This document shows positions 40,417 through 54,092 of a stretch of DNA of 64,000 bases, one piece after another (position 1 is the stretch's first letter; every line of letters starts with the position of its first letter). The notes beneath the pieces are model-generated. The model did no database searches, had not been told where the DNA came from, and saw only the letters and a list, made by a program, of their open reading frames with translations. Made by a program: the position numbers and the translations under genes. Origin of the DNA: Puccinia triticina (taxonomy: Eukaryota); contig CP110439.1 of assembly GCA_026914245.1 (NCBI GenBank), positions 1,488,001-1,552,000 on the forward strand, in the 5' to 3' direction.

Positions 40417-41923
40417 ACGCAAGAGAAGAATGCAGGTTATTGAGCATGCATTAACTAAGAAGCAAAGAGTGACGCTGGGAAAGTATCAAGTCAGAAGGGG
40501 GAAATGTGCTGGAAAAGCAAGTCTACTCAAATGCTTTGACAGACGAGGTGGACCCTCAGGAAAAGTCCACACTCACCAGTGGTGGGTGTTAGTATAAATA
40601 GTGCAGGGCCATCGGCCAAATTTGTTTTCTGTGTTTTTTTTAATCTCATCTTATCAATATATCTTATCATCATATTATCACCACTGTATATATATACAAT
40701 CATCATATAGCAAAGACTGATAGCCTTGCTCAACAGTCTTATAGAATTACATATTCATCACATAGAAATTACAACACCTTCTTAACAGGTAACTCGTGAG
40801 AGGTGCGTGATATGCAACCAGGAGATATGAGAGTATGAGAATATGAGAGTGAGCTCAGTGGTTATTGCAGATAAGAGGGATGATTTGGTGTGTTAAAACA
40901 GTGTAAGGGTGATGATAATGGCTAATGGGTGATATCTGTATAACTGGTGGGTACTGAACTGAGGGAAAAACAACTGGGGGGGGGGGGGGGAGAGCTCCTT
41001 ATATAGACAAATGTGAGGGATTTTAGCTACAAGGGGACCCTGAATGAGGGATTTTAGCTGGTGGGCTGCGTACAAGTGGTGTCAGAAGACACTAAATACA
41101 GGTAGAAAGTGGGGTGAGAAATGAAAGATGAGGTCATACTATGCAAGGAGTGCATAAACAAAGCGGGGAAATGTCAAATACAGGGGTACTTCATGCAAGG
41201 GGTGCATGGGTGGTGTCAGACTAATGGAAGGAGTGCAGAAATGGAGTCAGAAGAATGCATTCAGCTGGGAAAGGTGACTTGAGGGGTGTGACAGGTTGAT
41301 GACTGGGGTTGGCCGTGTCCATGAGGATCCAAGAGGGTGTAACTTCCAATCCAGCGGGGTTCCAGTGACGCTTCCAGTGGCGACTAAGGGTAAAATTGGC
41401 AGTAGAATCCATTTCTGAGGTCCATTTGGTGGTATCTTGAGGCGTATTGTGAGTAACTATGTAGTATAGAAAAAACTTTTGATTTTTCACTTTTCCGTCT
41501 ACCACAACGCAAAAAGCTGTAAATTTTATTTTTATCTATTTTATGTTTTCAGCAGGTATGAAAGATACAGTACCAATAATTTATTGGTATTGTATTGACT
41601 AAGAAATACAGTACATGGTATTGCTTATCCATGGATTGGCTTTCCAATACAATGTATCTGTATTGTATTGGTTAGCCAATACATGACCAATGTATTGTAT
41701 TGCCATGTATTGGCTAAAAACTACAATACAGATACATTGGCCATTACTGTATTGTATTGGTTTCATCGTTGCACCTGATATTGAGGCATTGGGGGACTAT
41801 GCACGCCATCTGAATTGGCGTACAGCGTCTGGCACTCCACTAATTTCAATGATTTTGACGTGGACCTTGCAGAACGCCACATACTTTGGGGCAATCAAAT
41901 CCTACGCCACGTAAATGGTGTCA

Positions 41924-42005
41924 GATTTGTGACATGCCAACTTATTTGGTGATTTGTGACATGCCAACTTATTTGGTGATTTGTGACATGCCAACTTATT
42001 TGGTG
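41924..42005. repeat. 27-bp tandem repeat, 3 copies
   Basis: Unit GATTTGTGACATGCCAACTTATTTGGT. Confidence 0.92.
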
Positions 42006-42724
42006 TGCGCTTCAGGACACCCCAATATCTTGGTGTGCTTTGGGGAAGTTTTTGGTGTGCCTTTAGGCCAACCCTTCAAGAAAAATTGTAAGGTTCATCT
42101 GTTTCAGTAAAAAGTGTGAAAAATTAGTCCAGTTAATCTCTGGTAATTCTGGTCAAACAGTCAGAGCAGTCATACATGTTGTATGAAGTTGTAAGATAAG
42201 CACTAGTTCAAAATAAAAAATGACTGAGATGTTTATCAGTTCAACATAGGTTAGGTTACAGTCAAAATCCTCATGGATTTGAAAGTAAAACAGAGTTTAT
42301 GGGTGATATGAACTACACACCGGTGCATACATCAGATGAAATTACAGCCAGGAACTCTCTGGAGAGTGTCACAGATTCCTCACTGGTGCAAATACTTTTT
42401 AAACCTGTGTACTCAGCTGCTGCTTGAGACTGCTGAAACACTGAAACATTTTAAGAGAAATTTTACTGCACATAGCTGTACTTCTTTATATTAATCTGAA
42501 TTGTTGAGTCAAGCATTTCTGAAACTATACACAAATTTTTCACTGTATCCAATCTTGCAAGGCTTTTACCACTGCTGGGGCACAAGAACCTAAACCTAAT
42601 ATTACATACATGAAACTGTAAGCCCCTGCTGTGGAAAAAAAACAGGGTTCCTGCTAATATATAAAGGTGGTTGCAAGTTTTTTTTGAGCTTGCTTCAGGA
42701 CAAAAGACCACTGATCCACAAAAT

Positions 42725-44666
42725 ATGCCCAATTCTTGTCTACTTGTTACTTTTATAATAAGCACCTTCCACATTTTTGGCTTTCAAGCAGTTGAGCCAC
42801 TAAAGGATTTGGCAATTGGTAAAACAGACCATGTCACAGAATCATCATTTTCAGATAGCACCATAAACACCAGGGGAAATATAAATGAAGTTTTACACAT
42901 AGGTGGAGGAAAAAAGATGATTTTATTGCAAGCAATACACAGCCATCATCCCTTGAAGGTAAGACAAACCCTATTGCTATGATTTATTCAAAAATATTAG
43001 CTTCAAATAAACAACATTAGTCTGAATCTTCTTTCTTTTATACTTCTGATTCATCTGCTCAGTTATTCATACTGCAGCTGCCAGTTCAAAAAAATCAAGA
43101 AAACCTGGTGTAAAATCTGATAGAGAATTGGAAAAAAGCACAAAGGAATGTTACAAAAGAACCTTGAAAACTTTTCATATCTGGAAATCTAGTGTCTCAA
43201 AGTTGCACCTACATAAGGCTGACCTTCATGTGATTGAACGGCATATGAAAGAGACAAATAAAGCACTTGAAAATTTGTTTCAAAAGAGAATTGATGAGCT
43301 CAGAGGTAAGCCATGTCAACCAAAGGAGAAGAAAGTTCAAGTGAACAGTGATCCTGCTGCATCAAACAAGGAGAAAATGGAGAAAATTTGGCTAAATTTG
43401 GTAGCAGATATTAACAAGTTTTGGAAGTTTCTTGAGCCTATTGATGAAGAGGAATCAATCTCATTTGTCAGACAAGGCAGTGATTTCATGATTGATTTCT
43501 TCATTGACTTGCAAAAGCATCAAATTATCACTAAGAAGAGTCTCTCTAATTTCTTAAACAATGAAGGCGGCTCAAAAATAATATCCACATATGCCTACAA
43601 CAGATTCCTTCAACCCAGATTAGATGTATGCAAGCTTTACATGAACTTCAATGTTAAACTTAGTCTTCTTGAAGGCCCTGCAACAGAAAAGGTGGCAGCT
43701 CTTTTGAAAGGTTAGTCAAATTAAATAGGAACTAAGGAGAAATCTGAAATTTATAGATGACATATTTCAATGAATCTGTTCTTTACTTCCAAATATACAG
43801 TTTTAAAAAAGGGTGCATGGATGGAAATTGAATTTAATTATTTGAAGTCTCAAATCATGGCTTATTCTGAAGAGGCTCAAAAAGAAGAACCTGATTACAT
43901 TGAATATTTATGTGACTGGTTCCTTGAATTGGCAGCACCAAAATCCATGGACAAAATCTCAGCAGAAATAGTGATAGATTTCATGGATGATTCTATTGTT
44001 TATTTAAAAGGATGGATAGATGAACACAAAGCAGCTTTTTTTCCAATAGAAGCAAGATCTCTTGTTTCAACAAAGCTTGTCTATGACATGATCAGTTTCA
44101 TTCTGCGTTATAACCAAGAGATTAAAAATACCATTGAAAGAGAAAATCAGGGAAACCAATTTTTTATTGACATGTGTGTGATTGAGAATTGTGTTTTGCT
44201 TCTATCTAGCATATATCACTCAATATATGTCAGGGCTAGAGAATATCAAAGCCTCTTGGATGATGTACCCTGGATACCTGATTTCTTGGTGGATAGCAAT
44301 GAAAACAGGCAGGTTTCACTCTTTTCTGTGAATGAAGAAGAGGCAGAAGAAATAGGAGATTTTTATGACAAGAAGCTAGAGACATGGCTTGAAGAACTTG
44401 AAGAAAATGAATCAGTTCAAAAATCCATACAAAAGTGTAAATATTTTATTTCAAGGTGGACCTACTCACGTAGGAATATTTTTTATTGGGGGGAGAAAGA
44501 TGAATATAAACATGCATTTTTAGCTCTCATTCAACACATCCCCAAATCTTTTAATATCATCATCAAGCATTACGAGAAGTTATTCCAAGAAAGGCTTCCA
44601 AGAGAAAAGTTAAATGAAAGAATGAATGAGGTCACTTTCTATCCAAACTATCCTTTACAGATGTAA
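42725..44666 (+). pseudogene. Candidate secreted effector-like protein, copy B (frameshift in exon 1 A-run)
   Basis: Same 3-exon layout as copy A; A6 versus A7 near 42910-42915 shifts the frame; exons 2-3 open. Confidence 0.75.
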
Positions 44667-45373
44667 AGTTTTCTTCTTTAGCTGAATTTTTGGAATTTCT
44701 CTTATCTTCAATCTCATTCTTTTCTTGTCTTTTGTATTCATTTCACTCATTTCATTTTGTGCACTATGCAAGTGATGTTTTTTTTCCTTATTTATCATGC
44801 TCAATTGACATGCCACCATGTTGATCAAATTACAATTAGTCCATTAAAGCCATATAGACTAAACAAATAAAACCAATCATCTCTGACCAAAATTTTCTCT
44901 TTTGCGGACTTGAGCCCACCCATTGGTCTTATCTGCAAAGCCACTTTAGACCCTTTGAGTAAGTATGCCTTCCTTTTCAGACTTATTGTCTGCTATTGGC
45001 CAAGCCAAACTTATTCCTCTTCCTCTTGACCCAGGCTGTAAATTATTCATTAAGTTTCCTTTCAGCTTATGAGTTTAGCCGGATTGTTTTTGGTTTTTGT
45101 GTGCATTCTTGAAAAAAGAATCTGCCTTTTTTTCTTTTGGAGACTCCACGCACATCTCTCAAGTAATGAATTAGTTTTACAAGCTGCAAAAGGGGAAGTC
45201 TCCTTGGAAAGACAAACAAGGCAATCATTTTTATTGAACTGGAAACAAAACTATTTCTTGAGAGAAGTGATGATAACAAACAACTGGAGTGTGTGAAATA
45301 TTTTTTCATTGCAGAGAGTATTGAGAGGCAAGAGAGAAAGAATAAAAGTATGGATGTACTTGGAGATGGCTCC

Positions 45374-45800
45374 GTCACACCCGGGTACCCGCGGGGGGGC
45401 GGGTACCCGCGGCCTTTTGACTGGATCCTGACATCCGTACCCGCATCCGCACTCGTTGGCGGGTACCCGGCGGCCTGGGCGGGTACCCGCGCGGATACCC
45501 GCGGATACCCGCTCCTTGAAACTCATCTCGGCGACCGGAAGGGGCCCCTTTCGGTCGAGGAGGGATGACCTCGGCGACCAAAAGGAAGTCGTTCTGGTTG
45601 CAATAAGACCTCTGCGACCAGGAGGCTTCCTTCTGTTCGCCGAGGTAACTTTGACGACCAGGAGGTTGTCTTCTGGTCGCCGAGGTAGCTTCAGCGACCA
45701 GGAGGTTAGCTTCTGGTCGGCGAGGTAGCCTCGGCGACCAAGAGGTTGCCTTCTGGTCGGCGAGGTAACCTCTGCGACCAGGAGGTTACCTGCTGGTCGC
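45374..45800. repeat. GC-rich DNA-transposon subterminal-type repeats
   Basis: Multiple GCGGGTACCCG/ACCCGC motifs, then ~36-bp GCGACCAGGAGGTT..CTTCTGGTCG units. Confidence 0.6.
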
Positions 45801-46724
45801 GCGCTGAGGTTATCACTGCCAATACAATTGTATCGGTTGACCGTATCCGCGCTTAAATCGGACGTTTTGAACTGATGTTACATCGGTCTAAGCGTCTGAT
45901 GCAATCCCCGTGCGATGTTACATCGGTCACGGCCGATAATACATCGACCGACGCAACCCCGGTTCGATGCTATGTCGACCGGGTTGCAAACCAACTCAAA
46001 GGGCTCCTGATGCATCATCGGCCAACCGCGACGCAACAGTCGACCCAAAACCGCCTGGCGCCCTCGATGCAAACCCGTCCGTGGTCGATACAGCCTCAAT
46101 CTTTGCTGATGCAATCTTGGCCTCGTCAATGCAACCTTAGTCATGGGACCGGACACAATCACAAGATCAGCAAGTCCATTAATCTAAGTCGCCTGGCTAC
46201 GAAAGAATGTGGCCAAAGCATTAATCACCTGGATCTTCTGCCTATCCAGTCTTCCTCGACGTGGCAGGCTTCCTCGTCGTTCTCGACCAACAGCGGTTCC
46301 AATTTGAATCGGGGCTTTTTCAACCATACCTCGCTAACATCCAATGCCTCTGTCGACCTGAACGCACTCAAACACCTCAAGAACCGCAGCATTCATTCCT
46401 CACGTCTCGACAGCGGGTGCAGCATGCCTTCTCCTCGGATCCGGCACACCAAGATATTGGGCTCCCCGCGTAGCTCATCCCGGATCAATACCCTCAGCGC
46501 CTCCAGTTTCTCTTCGGTTGGAAGCATCATCAACACAGGTCTTAGCACCCATCACAGCTGTGGCTACCAACTCGGAGGAGCCTGCGAGCGCACCTCAGGT
46601 AGGACTGTCACCAACAGTTTGAACAACCTTGGTCCGAGAGACACTGTTCTCGTCATTAGTCACATAAAAAAAGGTTGATTTAGCAAAAACGCGCGGGGAA
46701 AAATCGTGAGCTCCTGCGGACCTC

Positions 46725-47160
46725 AACGCGCCAACAGCCAAAACGTAGACACTCAGATGATGTTTATGGAAAGACAATTGATCAACCGATTTATCGGTAG
46801 AGTAAGTCTCCGGTTTAGCGGGGTCGATCAAGAGCGGATTAGAGACGTATTCCTACAAAGACGGATCAAGGTTAGCAATAGGGACTGGTGAAGGTTGAAC
46901 AGCGATGCAAAAAGAGCAATGAGGATATGGCACCTGAATGATCCAGTCTCGCATTTGAGAAACGGAGACCCAAGTCTGACGCCGCTCGTCATTGACTCCT
47001 GTGTCCTCTTTTTGCGGATCATCGAGTTCCTGGGATTCTTCGAGTTCCTCGAGCCTCTCGAAGTCTGTAAAGATTTCGTAGAGCTCCTCCCTGGAGCGAA
47101 ATAACCGGATTCCCTGAGCCTTGTCGGCGACGGCAGGCTTGAGAATCCACACCTTCTTGG
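46725..47160 (-). pseudogene. Tubulin-tyrosine ligase (ATP-grasp, Pby1-like) gene fragment
   Basis: VWILKPAVADKAQGIRLF..WIIQ / intron 46853-46933 / EYVSNPLLID..KHHLSVYVLAVGAL; flanking TTL sequence absent. Confidence 0.7.
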
Positions 47161-47567
47161 GGTGTCTGCCTGAGGCATGGCGCTTGGCGAGACGGCCGGC
47201 ACGTGGGGGATGTTATTGCGGTTTTTGGTCAAGTGTGGTTTTTTTCGGCGGATAGTTGGCTTACCAATGACGAGCCCTCTTAAAGCTGAGATCTGTTGAC
47301 CGCCCAATGTCTCCGTAGATCTGTTGACCGCCCATTCTCTCGGTGTGCTTATCTGTTGACCATGAACCAAACCAAAGACCATCACAGATACCAAGAACAA
47401 TATCAATCGTTTGATCCCAGTTGCCCAGCTCAGTTTCTCAACGACATGAAAACTTGATCAGCCTCACAATTAAAACCCCTTGAGCCTCTGATGCGTGAGG
47501 TCAAACAAGCTCACAAAGATGAACCTATCTGTTTAACTTCGATATTGATTCAACTTCAGAGCACTCC

Positions 47568-47986
47568 ATGGTCGATTCAATTCACCAGGAGGACTCTTAC
47601 CACCCAGCCGATTCTCGCGCTCGTGGTGTTTCAAACCAATCCTGGCCAAAATTGATACCTGTGACCGCATTGCGTAAGTAGCGATCGGGTTGCTAAGTCG
47701 TAACATTCAGATATTTGATTCTGTTGAATCCTTTTACAATCTGCTTGCTGGTCATCGTCTGGTCAGCTGAACCCTATAGCGACTTCTTTGCTTTCAGTCA
47801 CTTCAACAGTGTACAGAGCGAATGTTTCCCAACTGTGAGCATCGAGCCTTCAGAAGCCACATGTTCACATTGGACTGATGGTTTGTGTGTGGTTTTATAG
47901 GTGTATGACACCAACCACAATGTTTTAACAAACGCTCCCACTGGAAGCGGAAAGACGGTAATTTTCGAATTAGCAAGAATCCACCA
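47568..47986 (+). pseudogene. Ski2-like/Mer3(HFM1)-type helicase N-terminal fragment
   Basis: LIPVTALP / FSHFNSVQSECFPT / VYDTNHNVLTNAPTGSGKTVIFELA with GT-AG introns 47674-47766 and 47835-47900; no helicase continuation after the Copia. Confidence 0.7.
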
Positions 47987-50900
47987 TATTGAGGCATAGG
48001 CCGGGCATACTCTCATGCGCCGTGCTGCGGGCTTGGACCGACTGGGCTTGAACCTAGTTGATGAGATTGCAAACCCTAATCGTAGATGTAGTATTTCAAC
48101 CACGTGTATTCTCTGTTGTTCTTATTCATCTTCTTCATTGTTTTCAATCACATTCAACTCACTTCACACTCATCTCACTCGGTCTTAGGTGTGCCTCCAC
48201 CGCTTCCGTGTCCTCAGCGTGTTTGTCTCACTCATCACAGCCTCCGTGCTGCATCAGGTCTCCCCCTTGTCGCCCATTAGGTTATGAGCCTGCGCTCCAC
48301 TTAGCTATCGCAAAATCATCACGCACAACATGTCGGACAACAGATCGTTTCCAATCCTCACCGATCTCAACTGGGATGCCTGGAAGGTCAAGATTCGAGG
48401 ATATTGCATGCAACACAGGCTAGCCAAATACCTCGAGGGTTGTGCCCAACCAACCGATCCAATTCTTCTTGCCGAACATCTCGACAAGGAGGAGCAAGTG
48501 GCCGGGATTCTTTTCCAATCGATCGGACAAACCAATCATCAACGCTTTGTCACCGAGGCAAATATGAAGAAGCCCAATCTCATCTGGGCACTTCTCGTTG
48601 GGTACTACGAATCTCACTCTGCTCAAAATCAATCGGTAGTCTACATTGATTTCTGCACGTTCCCCTACCGCGACTTGATTGCAACCTTCATCGATGATCT
48701 CAATGCCGGTCTCAATCGTGTAGCCTCAGTTGGACTTAAAATCGGAACTCCAAAAGAAAATATTGATCTCAAAGAATCACTTCTGGCTGAAATCATCCTC
48801 AACAAGCTTCCCGACGACTACAAGCATCTCAAGGCAAGTCTCTTCAAACAGAGGCCACTCACCATCGAACTGATCAAAACGGAACTCGAGAACGAACGCA
48901 CGGGTTCCTTATCAGCTTCTCATCAACCATCTTTGGTAAGCGCACCAAAGATCAAGCAAGAATCCGCTCTTGCTGCTGCTTCGCCTCCTTTCTGCGCTCC
49001 CGGTACCCACAACCCGGACACACAACACTCAGCTTCCGAGTGTCGAGCGCTCAGGAAGAAAAAGAAGCATACTGCCAAAGCAGCAACCACCAAGCCAGCA
49101 TCACCTGCTGGTAGCGATCAAGACGATACCTCATCCATCAGCACTACAAGCAGTGGACTACTGTGTATTCGTAGGGCTCTCTCGGCGGTCAAGTCGGACG
49201 ACGTTTGCTTCCTCGACAGTGGCGCGAGTCACCACATGTTCAGCGACAGATCTTGTTTCACGGATTATCGTCAACGTTCAACTCAAATCTCTCTTGCTGA
49301 CGGGAATCACCTCAAGTCCGTCGGTGAAGGCTATGTGCGTCTTATGGCGAACGACGGCACGGAACTTAAGCTCAAAGCGTTGCACGTACCTGGTCTGGCC
49401 GGCACTTTGATCAGCTTTGGACGACTCTTTGAGCGCAACTGCGACGTCGTTCGCACTGGTCCGAACACCTTTGATCTGGTACGGAACAAGTCGATCATCC
49501 TCTCGACGGCGGTCATAGGAGGCGTTTGCAACATCAAAATCGCCCCTGGTTCTCAAGGTCAGTCATCCACCGCTATCGCCAACAAAGCGTCTTCAACTGA
49601 CATTGATACACTTCACAGGTCAGCAGGACACCCAAACCTCAAGGCTTTGAAGAGGATGTTTCCGGGGACAAGAACCTCCAAAATCAACTGCGAGGCCTGT
49701 TCACTCTCCAAATCTCACAGGCTCCCTTTTCCCGGATCCCTTCCAGAGGCTTCTCATCTGCTCGAGTACGTCTACATGGACCTCAGCGGACGAATCAACC
49801 CTTGCTCATTTGGTGGGAAAGAGTACTATTTCAAAATCACGGATTATTTTACTCGATATCGCCATGTGTACCTACTTTCCAAGAAATCGGAGACCTTCTC
49901 TTTCTTTTTGCAATATTATCATGAAGTCACCAATCATCACTCGTCTAACATCAAGACAGTCATCTTTGACGGAGGTGGCGAATTCAATTCCACAGAGTTC
50001 CTTGATTTTCTCAAAAGTAAAGGCATCACGGTTCAAGTCACAGCACCATACACTCCTCAGCAAAACTCGGTCGCCGAGCGGGGTAATCGCTCGACCTTGG
50101 AGAAAGCGAGATGTATGCTAAAGCAAGCCAAACTCCCTTCCAAATACTGGGCTGAGGCAGTCTCAACCGCCGTTCTCCTTGAAAATATCACGCCAATGAG
50201 AAAACTCAAATGGGACACTCCCCACAACAAGTGGTTTGGATCTCCCTTCAATCTCACTCGCCTCAAGCCATTTGGCTGTCTTGCCTATGTCAACATTCCA
50301 AAGCAACTTCGCGATGGAAAATTCGGAGACACGGCCAAAAAAGGGCTCATGGTTGGGTATCAGCTGGGGACGCACAACTGGCGCATCCTTCTCCCGGGGG
50401 GGAAAGTGGAGCGCTGTCACGACGTCACATTTGTCGAGACAGACTTCCCGGGAATCTCCACTTTCTCTCCAGCTGACCCGTCCTTCCATTTTGATCCTCT
50501 CACTCCTCCGGACTTCGACGAAATCGACGAGTTCTCCTCTTCTTCAAACACACCCTCCACCGACTCTCTTCTGGACGTTCTAGAGTGGCGATCAGCAGAG
50601 GATGAATTTGATCTTGATTCAACAACAATCGACGCAAACACATTCTTTGGGGACTCGTCGGCCTCGAATCCACTTCCCATTCCTATGCCGCCGTCTGAAA
50701 ACCCTGCTCCAGCAGGTCCTTCTCCAGAAACTACTCCATCCGGCTCCGATCCAACTCTTTGACCGAAGCCCGGTTACGACATCGTACTTACATCAGGCGT
50801 GGCGCCAAAAAACATAAGCTCTGACATCGATCCGTCCCACATTCTCCACACTAAGCGAAGGGCCAACCTGGCAAGGGCACTGTCGGCATCGGAAATTCCT

Positions 50901-52737
50901 CGCACTTACAGAGAAGCCATGCTGTCATCAGACGTGTCCTCGTGGACTCGGGCTGTAGAGTCTGAACTCAAGGCTATGAGTGACTTGAAAGTCTGGACGA
51001 TAGAGGTGATTCCGGGTGACGAATCGCTCCTTGGAACAGTCTGGGTGTTTCGCAAGAAGAAGGACTCGGAAGGGATCGTGGTCAAATTCAAAGCACGATT
51101 GTGTGCGCAGGGTTCTCAACAGAAAACCGGGTACAGATTCACGTACGCTCCCACTGGTCGTTCCACCAGTCTTAGGGCAGCTCTAATCGTCGGTCTCTCT
51201 CGAGGATACGACATACATCAAATGGACGCGAAGAACGCCTTCCTCAATGGAAAGCTTGAGCAGTCCGTCTATCTGCGGCCGCCGCCTGGACTTGAAGTAC
51301 CAAAAGGGTATTGCCTTAAACTTCACAAAGCCATCTATGGCCTCAAGCAAGCACCTCGGGTATGGTACGCTGAGCTGAAAAGCTTCTTCGATTCAATCAA
51401 CTTCTTGCCATCACCAGCAGATCCTTGTCTATTCACTTCCACAGTCTCTGGCTGGGAGTGCTTCGTTCACGTATACGTGGATGATATGATTATCATTAGT
51501 CACGATGTCGCTCGATTCAAGAAGCTCATCTCCGAGAAATTTTGAATGGAAGATCTCGGAGAGGCTCAGCACATATTGGGGATCAAGCTCACCCGATCAT
51601 CAAAATCCACCTTACTTCTGAACCAAGAAAGCTGCACCAAATCCATACTCAACAACTACAACATGCTGGGATGTCGATCAACCCCAACTCCGATGTTGCC
51701 AAACTCACGTCTGGTAAAGTGTTCCGATGAGGAACATGCAGCCTTTCTTCAACTCGACGTCAACTATCGAGAAGCTCTCGGTTTACTCAACTATTTATCG
51801 GTCTCGACTCGACCGGACATCTCCTTCACGGTATCGCAACTGTCCCAGCATCTCGAGAAGCCTGGAATGCTTCACTGGAAAGCAGTACAACACCTTCTTC
51901 GTTATTTAGCAGGTACCATGGATCATGGTATTCTGCTCATGGATGGCTCTGGTGATCTCAACTCAATCTCAGTATACACCGATGCCGACTTCGCCAATTG
52001 CACCGATGATCGGCGCTCATATTCTGGCTACGTGACTTTGTTTGGCGGAAATCTTCTTTCGTGGCGTTCAAAAAAGCAGCAAACGGTTTCAACCTCAACA
52101 ACCGAAGCAGAATACAGAGCTCTTTTTGAAGGCGTGCAAGAATTGGTTTGGCTGAAATACCTATTCTCTAGCTTATCCGTCAAGTATACCAGCAAATTTG
52201 AAATATTCGTCGACAACCAAAGCGCAATTGCTTTGGCCACCAATCCAATCTTTCAACAGCGATCGAAGCACATTGATATCATCTATCATTGGCTTCGTGA
52301 AGTCGACGATATCGGCTTGATACATATCAACTATGTTTCAACTCACCACCAAAAGGCGGACATGTGCACAAAGGCACTCGGACGACTAAAACATCAGCAA
52401 GTCATTACCAATCTCAAAATACAACGGCAATGAGAGAGGGGGGGTATTGAGGCATAGGCCGGGCATACTCTCATGCGCCGTGCTGCAGGCTTGGACCGAC
52501 TGGGCTTGAACCTAGTTGATGAGATTGCAAACCCTAATCGTAGATGTAGTATTTCAACCACGTGTATTCTCTGTTGTTCTTATTCATCTTCTTCATTGTT
52601 TTCAATCACATTCAACTCACTTCACACTCATCTCACTCGGTCTTAGGTGTGCCTCCACCGCTTCCGTGTCCTCAGCGTGTTTGTCTCACTCATCACAGCC
52701 TCCGTGCTGCATCAGGTCTCCCCCTTGTCGCCCATTA
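47987..52737 (+). mobile_element. Full-length Ty1/Copia retrotransposon
   Basis: 293-bp LTRs 47987-48279 and 52445-52737 (one mismatch seen); TSD CACCA; PBS GGTTATGAGCC; PPT GAGAGGGGGGG. Confidence 0.97.
48330..52433 (+). pseudogene. Copia gag-pol polyprotein with two in-frame TGA stops
   Basis: FLDSGASHHM (protease), H..GH..CEAC, DGGGEF..QNSVAER (integrase), YVDD (RT), TDADFA..EAEY..DNQSA (RNase H); stops at 50760 and 51543. Confidence 0.95.
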
Positions 52738-53660
52738 CACCACACCCCCAGAGTATCCTGCTTCTGCCACCGAACCCAGGAGATTGGCTAGCATCGCGGG
52801 CTCGGACGATGGCCAGGACGGCAGCACTGATGGCGGGGACGGCGAGAAGGGGAATACGAGCAAGGATTTCAGGGATTTCTTGTTCGACGAATCGACGACG
52901 CCGCCCTTGGAAGAGCTCGATAGCATTCCTCCTCCCAATGCCGGTACTCGTGCCACTCCGCCTAGCGATGCTGATCGAGCCGATGAAGAGCCAGTTGCCG
53001 ACGTGGGTGATAGTCCGGCTCCAGCCGGTGATGGCCCTGCCAAAAGTCGCATGCGAGCTCCTGGCACGCCAGCGGCGATGATCCGGCTGCATCTGGTATG
53101 TCGACCAAATACACACATTCTGGCTCCCGGGCGATCTTCCAGACCTGCTGAGATTGCAGCTGAGGCTGGTTCGTGGGCAGATACCGCGCCCCGAAGAAAC
53201 GGCAAGAGTCCTTCTCAAGAGAATGACACGAAGCCGAGACGGAGCACGAATGCCTCCCATTAGCAAGCCCAAGTCAACTGGCCCGATGTGATCGAGGTGG
53301 AGTCTGATCCGGAGGACGCCTTCGGCAAACCCTACTAGTCGGGAGCAGGCCAAGCCTCCATGACAAGCCTGGTGACATCGACAGGTTAGCGATATGCTTG
53401 TTTGCTGCGGTGCAGCGGCTGAAACCTAACCCAGATGAGTCCGGTTGCCACCCTCTCTTGGTAGTTAATTTGCCGCAGCGGTCAAGCGGAAACCAAACAA
53501 CACAATATCCCTGAACACAAATCCTAGACCTCAAAAACTTTAGATAATCCAGTAAGTGATATCATTCCCATTTTCAATTTTCAATTTCCTGCTGACTTGA
53601 ACTTTGCATTATCATCCAGGATCACGTAAAACGGGTTACAGTCAACATGGTGTTCATTTA

Positions 53661-53837
53661 TGGTGTTCAAAGTTGGTTTGCATAATTTTATGCATGCATA
53701 AATCATAAAATCATAAAATATTTTTTGCAGGGGATATGACTGTCTGATTATGTAATACAAAAGTTCCTCACCAAAACATTTTTATGATTTTATGATTTAT
53801 GCATGCATAAAATTATGCAAACCAACTTTGAACACCA
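53661..53837. mobile_element. Palindromic MITE
   Basis: ~58-bp inverted arms TGGTGTTCAAAGTTGGTTTGCATAATTTTATGCATGC; TA flanks. Confidence 0.85.
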
Positions 53838-54092
53838 TAATTATCAAGATGAAAAACCTATTTTTTCAAATCAAAAAACATAAAAAGTGCAACTCCACAT
53901 TTGTATATTTCACATGCGTATCTCATTTTCAATACTGACTCAGTTATTTCTGCTTTTTCTCCCTCTTTCTATAATGTTGAATTGGTTTTGGATTTTCTTC
54001 TTCTTTGGGACATTTGGCCTCTTGCGACGGCCATGTGACTCTACATGGTGTAATTGATATTTACCTCATATCTATGGTCATTGCTTTGTGTA

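Noticed and set aside
40199..40597. 132-aa basic ORF with VKAAFR repeats
   Set aside because: Driven by an 18-bp minisatellite; no recognisable domain.
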